64,000 nucleotides of DNA from Amoeboaphelidium protococcarum X5 (GCA_023515725.1 JALDTO010000154.1:124001-188000), one strand, 5' to 3'. Positions 11,764 through 28,233 are shown, counted from the first letter of the stretch. Notes: generated by a model from the sequence alone, not told the origin. Made by a program: numbers and translations.

Positions 11764-12846
11764 TCATATGGCAACATAGGCCAGTACTCTGCGCGGAGGC
11801 ACAAAACTTTTACGAGAGTGCATTACTAAATGATTGTCAATAAGCAGCACATCTCCCTTCTCCCACTTGAACACCACCTCAATATCACGCATAATCTCCA
11901 ACACTTGTTTAATATCAGACTCACCAACACTCGAACCATCTCCATACTTTATAGCCTCAGTAGGCACATTGCGCGAGTCTTTCCACCCGACATAGGCAGC
12001 CACCATAGAATTGAAGAATACACCAACATTGGTCGAGTGGTTAGACGTGACATCAACAGGCTTATCATAAAACTTGATCCCATCCAAGACATTAGATATA
12101 GTTCTCACATTTCCATTAGGTAGCCACTCAAGCTGATAATTTAGTGATTTGGCAACTTGTTCACACTTGGCCATGTCCTACTTCAGTGACTCTTCTGTAT
12201 TACCACCGGCACTGCCAGTTCGTGGAATGGCAAAGGTGGATCTCCAACCACGTCCAATGGCACTGGTGGGATCATCATCCTCCGGCATGACTCTGTAATA
12301 CCGCAATCCTTTCTACTTCAAATTATCTCTAAACGCTCCAGGCAATTTGGAATATAATAGATCAGATCTCAGTATAGGCGTCTCACCGCCCTCCTTGGCA
12401 GCCACGTCAGAGTAGAAGAAGATGTAGGATGGATACTTTATAGCCTGTGCCATTTCATGATGATACGGGATAAGTTCTGATGGTGGAGACTCATTACTAG
12501 TGAATACGCCTTTGTGAACATTTGTCCTCACAGCCGCACCTCCAACATAAGGCAGAGGAGGATATTGAAGACAGTCCATGATTAGGTCATTAAACTCCAC
12601 TGCGCTCTAAATACACTAGAATCCACGAAACAGTACTGCTCCATGCACATTAACTAGCTTCCGGATATACTGTCTGTGCTTTATTACATACTCTTTGAAT
12701 TCATCCCACTGCTAAAATAGATTAGAATCACTTGGAACCAAGACTAATGGAAACACTTCATTACCGGGAGGTGTCACTTTCTAAAAAGGCAAATCAGTTC
12801 TCAACAAAATTTTCTAATTCTCAAACTATAAAAGTTCCCCAGTCAT
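11764..12846 (-). CDS. TauD/clavaminate synthase-like Fe(II)/2-oxoglutarate dioxygenase
   Basis: HGAVLFRGF, YVGGAAVR, VFTSNESPP..IPYHHEMA (HxE), GGETP, WEKGDVLLIDN..VMHSR. 360 aa. Confidence 0.9.
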
Positions 12847-13230
12847 TTTCTTTCTTAATACTTTCTTAATTTAAGTCTATCAGCTTCAATTCAATTAATG
12901 AATATGCAAACCAAAACTTGCAATGAAACCACTTTAACGAGAAGATGAAAGTCAAAGTACCAAAATTGCCTAAGAAGAGAGAAGAGATGTGAGAATAGTC
13001 GAGTTATTGCGAGGACTGCGAAAGAGACACCGAAGAAACGCGTCGCACTCGACAGGGAAATGGCCAGTCCTGTTCATCGTCGCTCATTCTCGCGTTCTCT
13101 CTTTAGAAAGTAGAAATCTGACTCGGTGATATCACTTTGAATAGTCGTCCTTATCGAGTAAACTTATTTATCATCTGACGTCTTCTGCTTATCCCGTAGT
13201 CCTGAAATTATATCTACGCTCTCATTCATT

Positions 13231-13911
13231 ATGAAATCAAATTCTACTGGTAAAATCTTACCTGATGGTACGATGATCCTCTCTCAATGGAATGAGTCGA
13301 GTGCGGAGAAATTGATCGAGTTGCAAGTTCTTGACAAGGATGATTTGTACGTGTTTGAGCTGAGTCTTGATTAGTTAAATAGTTTCAAATAGACTGACAT
13401 TCCGTAGTCTGAATATTTAGACTCGATATTCTACGCGCTTGTACCTTATTCTAATGAGAGCAAGCCATAGCAAGTTGTATCTTGTGCAATCAATCGGAAG
13501 AAGGAGAGTGTGGAGTTCAAGATGTTGTCAGAGTCGAAATTGAAAATTGTATTTTGTAGTATCCCATTATAGTCTGGCACTTTAAATAGAGATATAGCAG
13601 CCACAGATCCCAAAAGAATATAATTTATGAACACTATAATAAACAAGGTGTAATAGGATCTGAGTACGACTGTTGGATCATCTCAGGAACTGAAACTGAT
13701 CGAAGACGAAGTTTAGCAGAGACGCGCGTTTGAATTCGAGCTCATGTCCAAGTGTATGCTACTTATCAATGCTAAAAAGTAGAAAATAAGGGAACTTGAA
13801 GATGAATTGAATAAGATGAAAGGATAATCTTCAGAGATAGACGATGATGACAATATTCATAGAAAGAAGAGATAGAGATAATCGTCAGAATCATTATCGT
13901 CAGAGGCGTGA
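13231..13911 (+). CDS. XRCC4: XRCC4/Lif1-like NHEJ protein
   Basis: Head-sized N-terminal domain followed by a coiled coil with EFELMSKCMLLINAKK(Q)KIRELE, matching the XRCC4 ligase-IV-binding LNEKKxKIR motif. Not in the ORF track. Confidence 0.72.
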
Positions 13912-15042
13912 TCTGGATTTCATGGAAGCCAATGCCAGAATTGTTGTCACTCTCGCCACTTAAGCTGCAAGATATGCATCCCTAATATTGATACCCCAAT
14001 TGTAACTTTAATCTCCACGTCTGCGTCCAATGTAATTTTCTTTGATTAAATTTAATTTCTAAAGAATAAAGTTTATGTCCGCACTTAGAAGGCCAGGTGA
14101 CATCCACGGAGATATACAGTTCAAACTGCGCAGTTTGAGATCTGACGCCTGATCTTGAGTGAACATCAAATCAATCAGATCAGAGGTCATTGATAATGTT
14201 AGTCCCCATAAAATGTAATCCGTTGAATCTTTAGATCGCCCTTTATCGCGATTAATGAGTATAATTCCTGATTGAGTAAACTTGATTGCAGGAAAATGTA
14301 TGTGACCAGTGATAATTGTGGGCAAGTACCCAGCGTATGCAGTCTTATCCAAAGTTGCAAGTTTTACGCTGTCAATTTATGAATCAGTAGAATCCAAACT
14401 TCTTGATCTAAATAGCGATTAATTGACAGCGAGGAGTGGGGTGAAATATTTCTGCACATTGACCCAAAACACGTCTTACACCTCAGTCTTAAGAGGTGAC
14501 ACCTCCATATGCAGATCAGATGACAAGTACAGATACACGAAAGGAGACAAGATCATCATCGCCGCCGTGCTGTACCAGTGAAAAACCGGGCGATCGTCCA
14601 GTCTGCCCAGACACAGAAACTTGGCTCGATCACCCAGGCGGATTCCCAATTCTTCAAACGTTTCCCTTCTGACTGTTTCACTCTCCGTCTCGCCCTCTTT
14701 CCCGATCCCACCGACGAATGCAACATGTCCTGACCACCTGTCCCTCTACCTCTCTGCTCTCTTTATGTACAGAATATCCAATTATCCGCCATCTTAATCT
14801 TTCAATTTGTCTACTATATCGCGGGCGTTTATGTATTTCTAGCCCGCTACTGTTTCAAAGTTGAACTGTCCATAGTTGTATCGCAGAATGATGGCTACTG
14901 AGGCTCGCCTTGTATGAGGATGATCATTTTTTGTAAACTCATGGTGTTTAGTCCCCTGCAAATTTCTAATTAAAGTGATAAGCTACTGTTCGCTGGATAT
15001 TTATGCATTTATTTTAGTACCATCATTAGGGAGATTATTCAT
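13900..15042 (-). CDS. Nudix hydrolase, CoA-diphosphatase-like, with PTS1
   Basis: RRASVAIILR, LYIKRA..GDRWSGHVAFVGG..EGETESETVRRETFEELG (Nudix box). C-terminus ...KSRSRL* (SRL is a PTS1). Confidence 0.85.
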
Positions 15043-15300
15043 AGTTAATTTGTAGATTTGCTGAAGAACCAAGAAAACAATTGGAGAGATTTCTAGCTAA
15101 AACATCAACTTCAGCAACCAAGTGAATTATATAACGTTCGTTTGAACCTTTACGCGTCTTCGTCCACCCTTAAAACAGGTGTATTATTGTTTACATGCGC
15201 AGCATATCAAGATAGTAAAAGTTTCTGAAATCTTGCCAATTAATTAAAAATGCAAGTGCGGGATACACCAATTGTAATTAAATACTCTCTATATATGTTA

Positions 15301-16335
15301 TCATTTTATATCAGTTCTAAACGCTACTGAAGCAATCAACGGGAATACCAGAGTTGCATCAGCACATATTTTAACAGATTTGGCATTGCCTCTGATCTTC
15401 CCCCAACTGACAGCCTCGTCAGGACTAGCACCGGCATCGCTTCCATCAAACTCCTGCCCAGTGTTGATGTAAACCGCATAATCAGCACCGTTTCGCATAA
15501 GATTAGCATTGCAAATATGATGCTTAACCAGGCCACCACCCAAAATTATCATACCAGTCTTGTCTGCTTTCATAGCGAAAGAATTTAGTCTACGCAGATC
15601 GTCCACGATATCGATTTTTAATTGCTAGCTCGGATCATCAGACTTGTAGGTGTGGAAGAATATCATATCACCCAGCGAACCATCAGTTAGAGCAGGACAG
15701 TATACAGGGATATCATTCTTGGCACACCAGTAGTATACAGATTCTTCATTATCAATGCAATGACCCAGAGTATTGATAATTTTCGATGGTGTCCAGCTAA
15801 GACCAACTGTATTTTATTAACGCACCATATCATCCAATGCTGGCATGAGCCAATCTTCAAACTTGCAATAATTATCATTTGGTACAACTAGATTACCGAT
15901 GCGATTAAGACCTTGAGCGCGTAATGATTTACCATCAGTCGACTGCATCCCGATAGTATTAAGCACGAACGTTGGGGCAAGACATTTGATAAAATCCTCT
16001 TCAACGCCTCCAGCTGTAGTGACGATAACATCCACAAGCTTATGCTTGGCCAGGTATACGAATATCTCCCGGAGACCAGATGATATAAGATTTGACGTGT
16101 AGCCTAGAAATATTTTGCACTTATCCTGCCTCATTTCTTAAATCACTTTTATCGCTTATCCTAGCTAAGTCGCCTAATATCCAATCTTGTGATAGTACTA
16201 AGAGACAATATCATCCAGACTGATATCATTCTCCAGATTAGGACCTTGTACTTTCACCGCATCGTCACTCACAGGAACAGAGCTTTTAAACACTGCATCT
16301 ATAGCATTTTACGCGTTTTCACCTCCGTCGACCAT
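15301..16335 (-). CDS. DYS1: Deoxyhypusine synthase
   Basis: GY(Q)AT(Q)[43 protein letters not shown]. 344 aa. Confidence 0.96.
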
Positions 16336-16572
16336 ATTTTGATTTTTATTTTATTCGACTTTGCGAAAGATCGAACGCGTAGCTTGGAATCGTGAGATCA
16401 TTATTGTTGCATTCGGGATTTTAAATCTGCTCAAGGCAGTAAATTTGTTATTATACTAGGAAATAAGATTATTTCATATATAATATATACTTCTATTCTG
16501 CATCTAAATCATTTACTACTTCACTATCAAGAACCTCAACTAAAGAGATGACCTCCAACTTGATCAGGCTCA

Positions 16573-19500
16573 TCAAATTTATGCGCCACTTTACTTTTCA
16601 GTTGCCAATTTGGGAGCTCCGACGGAAGGCTACACGATATCCCTTTGAGAGTTAGTCTGCTCTGTGGTATTTTTCAATGCCATAGCACCTTCACTTACAA
16701 AGATTCGCGGAACATCTTCTCCTTTTCCGGTATTTGTATCATCATCCTTCTGGTTGTTATTATCAGAGCTATTTTCAAGGGCCACAGAACTATCAGACAG
16801 TGCCATTTTAGAAGGATGTCTAATTTTCTGCATAGTTTCTTCTACGCCGTCAATATCCAACATTTTCATCACCATCTTCAACACATCCCTCTCGTCAATC
16901 AGCTCTTAAATCTACTTGTAAGCTCTCTCACTCAATTCGTCAAACTTTCTCTACACTTCCTGTAACTTGAGCTTTGTCTCAGACAACTCTTACGTAATTG
17001 CAGCGACTTCAGAGGCTTTATTGGAATCTGATATAGTTACAGTACTATTATCCTGAGTACTTGCCAAAGAACTGGAGACATTCTATTGCATCAATGAAAA
17101 ATCAGTTTGCACAGATACATCAGCAAAAGTTCGCAACTTTTGAACGACAGAAGGGCTACCAACCAGCGTCATTACCGATGAAACATCTTTATTCTTAGCC
17201 GGACTTTTGAATAGTAGAGATGAAGCAGCCATGTCACTTTCTACAGTGAGTGTGGACTGCTTAAAAAACGGCGGACTCTATTGCAATCTTGAAAGTGTCA
17301 CGGGCGTGTCAATGCTATCAGCTACACTTCTTTATGCAAGAGAATTCCAGACAATCACGGCGTTGGGATCTTGAGGATTTCCTGCAGAAGCCAATGATGA
17401 AGAGTCAGATGGTGCCGTCACAACAACAGTATTTTTTACCGCAGACGACTGACCATGGGCAATATTTGTTCCCGATTACACGACAGTGTATGAGGCTCTT
17501 CTCTTTTCCGACTTGAAATTGGATGAAGTTTAAGACTTTGGCATGGATTGCCTCACATGGGAGGGGTGCTTAACATCTTGACTTGATTGCACACTTCCAT
17601 CGCTTTTCGCATGTCCCATCTCTGACAACTTGTCGATTTATCCATCCGATAGAATAGGATTAATAACCACGGCTTGACTCTTATCATTCGGTTCACCTCC
17701 AGCAACGGTCAGTAGGCCATCATGAGACTTGCTAGTATTGATTTGCGTCTTTCCAGTCACTGACAAACTATCTTGCTAAGACTTCGAAGGTTTCAGTGTA
17801 TCTTCCTTAGTTTTCTTACCAGAGCCACCACTTAGACCTCGATGATTATCGGGGTTCTTCTTACTACTGTTGCTGGACTATGACTTTAGCTTAGCTGAAG
17901 CACGATCCAATGACGCGCCAAAGGAGAAGGTTCTCTTCTTGTCAGAATTTTTGACTTTAGAAACAGCAGACTACTATGAAGGAGGTGGCTCAGAGTTAAG
18001 AAAGTCTAGTAGATCATTAGTCTGGCTTTTCTTCTTCTGCCTATTCTTTTTAACATCAGAGATCAAATCATCCAGGTCCGAATCATCCGACTCCTCTAAC
18101 TTTTGACGATCGCGTCTACTTTCAATCACTGGCTGGAGCTTTAATACATTAACTTGCTACTTCTACTATTACTTGCTATCTATAGGCTAAGTAGAACTTC
18201 GAGTGACAATCAAAGCAGAAGCGTCATTATCCTGAGACTTTTCTTTAAGCTAAATCGATTCTGCCGCAGTGGAAGAGGTTGCAATCTAAGCAGGTCCAGA
18301 TTCTCGTAGGAAATCAGCCAGAGACTCTTTCTGCTACTTCTTCTTCGTCTTTTACCCAAGAAGTTCCTTCAGATCAGCATCTTCGTCTTCATCACTAGAG
18401 TCATCTTATTTAGTTTTGACAACAGCGGATCGCGACTGCAACTTGCGAGCCTGAGGCTTTGAGGACTACTTGGCAGCGGCAGAATTGTCTTAAGCAAGAT
18501 TCTAATCTGAAATAACTTAAACATCATCCTATTGTGACAAAGGCGATGAGGAATCAATTCTGGAAGCATCCATTACTTCAGCCGATAAAACAGGGGATTT
18601 GTTCATGGATTTGTTAAGACTCTTATTGCTTAAATCTCCAATCAATTTACTAGACTTTGTTGGGAATAATCGCGGCTGCTTAACATCAGGACCAGATTAC
18701 AAAAATGAGATCAGAGCTTATCTAAACTTCTTATCATCTTCAGTATCACGCGGGACAAGCTTCTTACTATTACCGCTTCCCTTGACTTTCTCTGCTTGTA
18801 GGAAATGAATGAAGCTGGTCACTCTGTTACGTTAAGTCTCAGGCGTAGACATGTCGGCCAAATCTACAGCACTGTGGCTCTTCTACTTGTTGTTACCACC
18901 GATAAGTCCTTCTGGCGACGTTGTGGATAAGAATTCAATCAATGCACGCGTCTAATTTCCTTACTCTGCAACTTCAGATGGCGTCTGGGAACCACTCTTC
19001 ATCGATTCACCGCGACTTGCCAACATTCTCGGACTGATTTCATTTCTCACAATAAACTTTTGGCCTGGCTTGGTAGATTGACGCTCCTGTTATTCATCTT
19101 ATTATAGGTTATCCAACAGCAACTCCAGTTTCTTCACACTTTCTTAAGCCTTACCCGGTAACATAGGTGGCGATTATACCGTTGATGATTTGCTTGACAT
19201 TTTGCTATCCCGCTTGCCACCTGAAAAATTCTTCGCACTTACAGCAGCTTCCTCTTACTTGGCATGAAACTAATCAACTTTACGCTAAATGCGCCGCTTC
19301 AAAGTACTCTGATTGAAAATCTTGCTAACCTAAACATTTTCAGACAAAGCCTCCAACATGTCTTCCATCTTGATAACATCTCTCTCATGCTGAAGCACAT
19401 GCTTACACAGTGCATGAATGCATATTGCAACAAGGCACTCATAGGCAGCTGTAACCATCACGGCGCATTTAGGCTCAAATTAGGGATCATCTGGTAGTCT

Positions 19501-20080
19501 TCGCACAGCAAAATCGTCTTCAGACCTCTGACTGTTCGTCTATAAGCAGCAATACGTGTGCATCTTACTATAGACACGATAGTAAGGCACCAAAAGACGT
19601 CGAAACTTATTAGCAGACTATGTATCGCCTGCAGGACTCACTGATCCGTCTCTGTCAGATGCCATATCTCCAAAGATGACATCATTCCATAGTTTAGCAT
19701 CTCCACCACGGCTGGTGACTATACGTGCTTCTTCTTCAGCATTTTTGATCCCCTCCTGGACTGCGTTTTCAAGACCAGCAAACTGTAAACGAATCTATTG
19801 TTCAACCTCATCCCAAGGCAAATAGAAGCTGTCGACGGAAGGATTCTGGACGTAAGATGCCGAGATCAGATTATACAGCAACTCATCGACAAAGGCATTG
19901 AGAGCTTGCACTGTCTGGGCAGATATACTAGTGACACCAGCATTAGATATGGCCCTCTTAATAGCACGCGCAGATATGTACTTGATTTCTACACAATTAT
20001 TACTTTGTCAAACAATTAGATAATTATAGAGTAAATTCAATACTAATGTAAAGCCTACCTTTATCAACAATATGCTTCAT
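16573..20080 (-). CDS. Large uncharacterised protein: N-terminal SOS-like histone-fold region, low-complexity body with repeated L-x-x-FL-x(3-4)-P motifs, C-terminal coiled coil
   Basis: Exon 1 20080-20059, intron 20058-19989 (GTAGGC..GTGTAG), then one frame to TGA16573 (spot-checked, not every codon). YISARAI...ALNAFVDELL, AAYECLVA...IKMEDMLEALSEN. Repeats ALIEFLSTTSP, ALISFLQSGP, SLADFLRESGP, DLLDFLNSEPP. Confidence 0.65.
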
Positions 20081-20329
20081 ATTAACACTTGATTGATTTC
20101 TGATGAAACTATAAACTCCTAACGATATAATATAAAGCAAGTATATCTGATTTCAGTACAACTTTGTCAGTCGTCAATAAGTAAAGAAATGTGCGAGTGT
20201 TGAATAAGAGTGAATTAAAGAAATATATTCTGTAATAAGAAGCCTGGGAAATCTATTTTTATACTTCACGGCTTACATTAATCATTTGCGAAACGAGTAA
20301 ATCTAGAAACTGTCCTGATTAGGCCGAGA

Positions 20330-23158
20330 TCAGGACTTTTATCCATCAACACCGCCGTTGTCATGGGCAGGTTGAAATAGACGAATTCTTTTCTACTTCT
20401 TCGTACCAAATGCCTTCCGCTGTCCGATTTATACAATACTTTTATCATCGTCATTCAACGCTGATTATTACTTTGAGCTTGCTGACTTTGCCGAGCTAGT
20501 TTAAAGCGCGATTTTTTCTCCAGATATATGTGATGATTCCGTCCGATTATCATTTTGCTCTATAGACCGCTTCTAAGGCTGGATAGTCTTCGTGTTAAAC
20601 TGTGATTCTTTGATGTAATACATTCTGCTACCATAATCAGCGAGCCACTGCGGATCGACAGCAGTCATACACATCATGTACTCTTTCGAAGTCATTATTA
20701 GTTCATGATACACGACATATTCTGGTGTATAGCCCATTCCATATAAAGCGGATGTCGGATGAAGATGGCACGGAAGTCCAGTCTGAACATTAACGTAATC
20801 ACCAAGACCTTTAAGACGCGCAGCATGATGGAAGAATGATGTTGCTATACACTCCCTGACAACGTCCCAGTCAGCACCACATGATTCTATAGGAATGCGA
20901 AGACTCTTGAATATGTCGAGCAACTACGTGCGAACATCTCGCGCCTTCTTCATAGCCTTGCTCTAAATAAAGAAGTCACTGCACCAAGCGTCGCTGTAAC
21001 GATTAAATTCCCATTAGTTATAGACATTCAATAAAGAAAGGTGATCACTTTCAGGCACAAGAAACTTCTCTCGTACTTAATCACTCTCCTCCTCCCTTCC
21101 TCTTGGTCTATGAAAGACACTGGGCACAGAGAGCATCGACACTATAGTAATAATTTCAGCCGTACAGTGCAACTTCTCAGCGTAAATTACCATTTTCGAC
21201 AATGATGGATCCAGCGGAAATTCCACCATACGCTAACCCAATTCAGTCAGCCGTCCATCATCATCTAACGCTCCTAAAACCCAAAGCTGATACATAGAGT
21301 GCTAGATGGTATCAACAGGCGGTGGATCCATAAATCCAAAATCTAGCAGATTGTCAATGTTCAAAGACTTGAGTAAAAGAAGTACATTAGCCAGATTAGT
21401 TCTCTGAATCTCTGGGATGGTAGTGCGATACAGATTGGCAAACTCATTTTCGCTGTACAGTCTATAGGCGACACCAGCTTTAGTTCTACCAGCACGACCA
21501 CTGCGTTGATTAGCATTCGCTTGAGATATAGGTGTGATCTGCAAGGCATCCATACCTATTCGTGCATTGTACACTTTCAACTTACAATATCCGGTATCAA
21601 TCACAAAAGACACTCCATCCAAAGTCAAAGAAGTCTCAGCAATGTTAGTAGCCACAATACATTTACGAGCGTTAGCAGGCGCCTATTTAAAAATCTTGGC
21701 CTATAAATCTGCAGGCAGTTGTGAATAGATGGGTAGAACAGTCATTGGCTCGGCATCATCAATCTCGGCCAGCTTTTCTTTAATAAGATCGCAAGTCACC
21801 TCAATATCTTCTTGACCAGTCATGAATATAAGAATATCACCTGACGCGCCACTCTGATGAATAGCCACGGCTTACTTGACGGCAGCGTCGACATAATCCT
21901 CGCAAGTGGCTCTACTATACAGCACATCAACAGGGAACGTCCTGCCAGGAATGTTAAACACAGGTGCATAGCCAAAGAAGGTGCTAAACTTATTCGCATC
22001 CATAGTGGCGGATGTCACAATAAGCTTTAAATCTCTCCGCCGTGTTAAAATCTGTCTCAGCAATCCAAACAACACATCAGTGTGTAGTGACCTTTCATGA
22101 GCCTCGTCCATGATAATGGCAGAGTACGCATCAAGATCTGGATCTTTTAAACACTCGCGCAGAAGGATACCATCTGTAATGTATTTAACTTTAGTCTTAC
22201 TACTCGTAACGTCTTCAAATCTGATAGAATATCCACACTCCTCACCCAGCTTAACGTTCATCTCTTCACTTACACGTTTACTCACAGACATCGCTGCCAC
22301 CCTTCTAGGCTAAGTACATCCCACAATTCCATATCGCGTATAGCCAGACTCATGCAAATACTAAGTCAGCTGGGTACTCTTACCACTACCAGTCTCACCG
22401 ACTATAATAATAACCTGATTATCACGAATGACTTGAAGCAACTATTCACGTACAGAGTATACAGGCAGAGACTCTCGAACTTTTTTAATCTGAAAGCGCA
22501 CATCTTTGTCTAAACTACCATCACCAGATTTCAAATCTATATTGTCAATAAATGATTCCTTTTTAGAGCTTATATCATCATTAGCATCAGATTTATTTCT
22601 CATGATATTACCAAGTGTGGAGCCTTTGCCATCCAGAGCCTTGGCATTTGCCCGCTAACGTTCGCGCCGCTCCCTCACAGATCGTACCAGAGCACTCCCG
22701 CGGCGACTTATCACGGCCATATCACTTGTAGGATCTCGGACGGTAGATATCTGGAATACTTGGGACTTGGAGTCGGCCAAGGTATCATCGCTCATCGACT
22801 ATAGAAATGCAGGCTTCTCATTCACGAGCAAAAGGTGGACCTTTCTATGCGCTTCCCGCTCATCGCCTTCCTCATCATCCTCAAAATCTTAATCTTTCTA
22901 GCCCGCTTACAGAATACCGACACCTTTCAATCTATTCCTTTCCCATTTGGCATTGTCTATGGCCCACTGCTTCTGCTTCACATTTAATCGCTTTCTCTAA
23001 ACTACATCTCTTTGTCGCGACGCACCTCCATACGGCTGATTATAATAAGACTTTAACTTTCGATCATCAATCAAAACTTGCTGGTATTAATTTACATCTT
23101 CCAGTAGTAGACCGCTATCATCCAATTAATACCAGTCTCTATCCACCTGGTCCGCCAT
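20330..23158 (-). CDS. PRP16: Pre-mRNA splicing DEAH helicase Prp16/DHX38
   Basis: DRDWY and [10 protein letters not shown]-terminal motifs, [42 protein letters not shown]. 942 aa. Confidence 0.93.
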
Positions 23159-23369
23159 TAAAAAAACTGTTAAGCTCTGATGAGAAAACGGAAAGAAGAG
23201 AGAGCGACTTGATAGGCAGAAACACTCTTCAAGGCATCTTTATCATGGAAAGTGTCCAGATAATTTTTAAATAATGATAAATCGATCTAGAGGTTTGAGA
23301 ATGTATTTAAAAATAGGGACAATGTAAATCCTCACAGTCTTACATCTATTCTTTAACAATTTCAATCAT

Positions 23370-25319
<1,950 letters not shown>

Positions 25320-25606
25320 TCTATTTTAATCAATCAATCAATCAGTACAGCTATGTAATAAATTTAAATGACTATGGATTACTTGAGACTGAAGATATAG
25401 TCGAAAAGAAGAGTCTGGTGATAGTTTGATTGGATCTTAATCTTAGAGTCTATTTTTAGGCAACGTATTCTCTAGCTTGTTCTGTTAGTTCTCGAGTAGA
25501 ACAAGGATAGACGCCATCATTGCCTTTAGGCCAACAACCGTTAAAATATAATTCAAGGATTCTTGGGCACAATGTAGTATAAATAAAGATGAATAACACG
25601 TATATT

Positions 25607-26782
25607 TCATAGTTTCTTCTTACTCTTGCCGGCAAGTAGTTGAGGAGGATCAGGTTCAAACAATGCGTAGTCTGGATAAAATACGTGATAAAAGTTGGTC
25701 AAAATTCCAGCAGAGTAACCACCCTAAGCTTTAATTGCCTTCATTTCTTGCTTGTATTGCGCTGGATCCTCTATCCATTTTTGCTGTATTTCATCATCAA
25801 TATCGTCCCACTTGCCCAGCTCATTCGTCGTGGTGCCTCTTGCAATCAGGTAGAGGTGAAACAGAAGAAACAACGCGACAATCACCGAGACAATGGCGAC
25901 GAAGAGATCCAGAGCAACCAGAAACACGTGCTGAGATAGAACAATGAGTAATCCAACGGTGACACCAACAACTTGTTAAGAGGCACTGGCGTCATCCCAA
26001 TACCGCCGCGATATTAGCCCGGTCCCTTCTCCCTCATAAGAGATATAAAGCATGTTATAAATGATGCTGGACATCAAAAACACACCATAGAGACATATCG
26101 CCAGAAGTGAAGAGAGAAAATACAGGAACCATCGCCTGTTGAAATATCCTACACACTGATTTAGCCATACGCAATGATGATCGTACACCATCACACAACC
26201 TCCACAGAGCGAGCAGTGTTTCGACCGCGCGGGCTTCACAGTGTGACAGGTGCGACACGGCGGAGTATTGGAATAGAAGAGAATCTCATCAAAGCGGCCC
26301 AATGTAGGATGTTCAAGAATCTATTCCACATTCTCAGATGTGACATAGCCAGGAGATACTGTACATGCAGCATAGTAGAAGAAGTAAACCATAATTATAC
26401 TTACGGGTACAATAATAATGTGCAGTTCCGAAAAGCCATAGTCAATTCCATCAGAAGGGTCGGCAATGTATGGCAAATACACAGAATAAATGAATAACGA
26501 TACACAAGAGACATAGAGAACGGTGAAGAATATCTATATAAATGGATTCCTGCCTTTGAATGTATAATTAAAGGCTCCAGCAGTACAATCGGCAACATAC
26601 TGACCACAAATCCTTCGAATCAAATTATAAAACCAGTTGGAACAATCAGGCGAAGTCATCATGATATGTAGACGGACGCAATAACTGTCCTGACTATGGA
26701 ACACAGGTGCAAGCACCCATACATACAACAGAGCGAACATTAATGCAATATAAAAGTACACAATTAAACTAACAAAATCCAT
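25607..26782 (-). CDS. SWF1: DHHC palmitoyltransferase, Swf1/ZDHHC4-like
   Basis: CRTC..VKPARSKHCSLC..CV..YDHHCVWLNQCVG, TTNE motif, several TM helices. 391 aa. Confidence 0.88.
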
Positions 26783-27054
26783 TCTGAATTCTTAGTAAAC
26801 GTGATGTTAATGTTGCAGAAAGCCAAAAAAGAGCAAATCAAAACAATTACACTGAGAAATTCTGCTGAAAGAGCCAAAACTTATTTTCAAAAAACAACAG
26901 TGGATTTCGCTCAAACGATTTGCTAAGGCGGCCAGATTGGAAACGCTGTCTGCTCGCTAAGAATTCCTATCTTTATCATTCCATTCTATAATCCGTACGG
27001 AATCTCTCCATCATTGTGACGTCATTGTTAAGCTCCATTTAAGCTGAGTAAAAT

Positions 27055-28233
27055 ATGACAGAATAGAAGGAGTTCCCATTGCTCAAGAATACGCGTTTGC
27101 TGGATGTGATAGCGGGTAAGAGAGTGGACAAGAGCCCGGTGTGGATAATGCGATAGGCTGGAAGGTATCTACCAGAATTCAGGGAGGTAAGAGCGAAGCA
27201 TGACTTTTTCACAATATGCCGTACTCCTTCGCTGGCTTGTGAAGTTACTCTACAGCCGCTGCGTCGTTTTGAAGGACTTCTGGACGCGTCAATTATATTT
27301 AGCGATATCTTGGTGGTCCCACAAGCCTTGGGAATGATTGTTGAGATGAAAGAAAAAGTTGGCCCTCAATTCCCATTCCCACTCACTGATCCTAGTTAGT
27401 TTTTCAATGGAACTGAAATGGGAGATGTTGATCGTAGTTAGGTGATTAATCCAAAGGTTGATTGCAAGTCTGCGCTATCTTATGTCTACAAAGCTGTGAC
27501 CACGACGCGTTTAGCTATCAATGGTTAGGTGCCTCTATTCGGTTTTTGTGGTGCACCATGGACTCTGTTGGCGTACATGGTTGAAGGCGGAGGATCGAAA
27601 ATGTTTAATAAAATCAAGTCGTTCATCTTCACCTATCCTGAGGAGACGAAATAGATTCTGGAAGTGATCACCTCGCTGTGTATCGAACACCTTGTTCTAT
27701 AAGCTGAAGCTGGAGCTTAAGCCTTGCAAGTTTTTGACTCTTGGGCAGGTGAATTGAGTCATGAAGATTTCCTCATCTTCTCTTATCCGTACCTGCGTCG
27801 TATAGCGACTGAAGTAAAGTCTAAAACTGGCGGAGTTCCTACTGTCGTTTTTGCTAAAGGAGCTCATTACGCCATTCCAGATCTTGTTCACACTGATTAT
27901 GATGTTATTGGGCTTGACTGGACCATGAATCCTCAGGAAGTTAAGACTAAAGTTTAGAATGCTAAAGCTTTGACAAGCATTAATAAGAGATTTGTTTTAC
28001 AAGGTAATCTTGATCCGTCACTTCTGTATGCTCCTCATGATGTTATTGTGGAGAGAACTACTGCAATGCTGCAAAACTGTCTCTTTTACTCCAATGGTAA
28101 AGTTGATCAAGACTTCGGTTATATCTGTAATCTGGGACATGGTATACATCCTACAGTGCCTGTTGAGAATGTCAAAGTGTTTTTAGAAACTGTCAAAGAT
28201 GTGACATCAAAACTTTTTGCTCAATAGTAATGA
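27055..28233 (+). CDS. HEM12: Uroporphyrinogen decarboxylase
   Basis: PVWIMR(TAG=Q)[44 protein letters not shown]. Ends CAA TAG TAA TGA. Confidence 0.96.
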
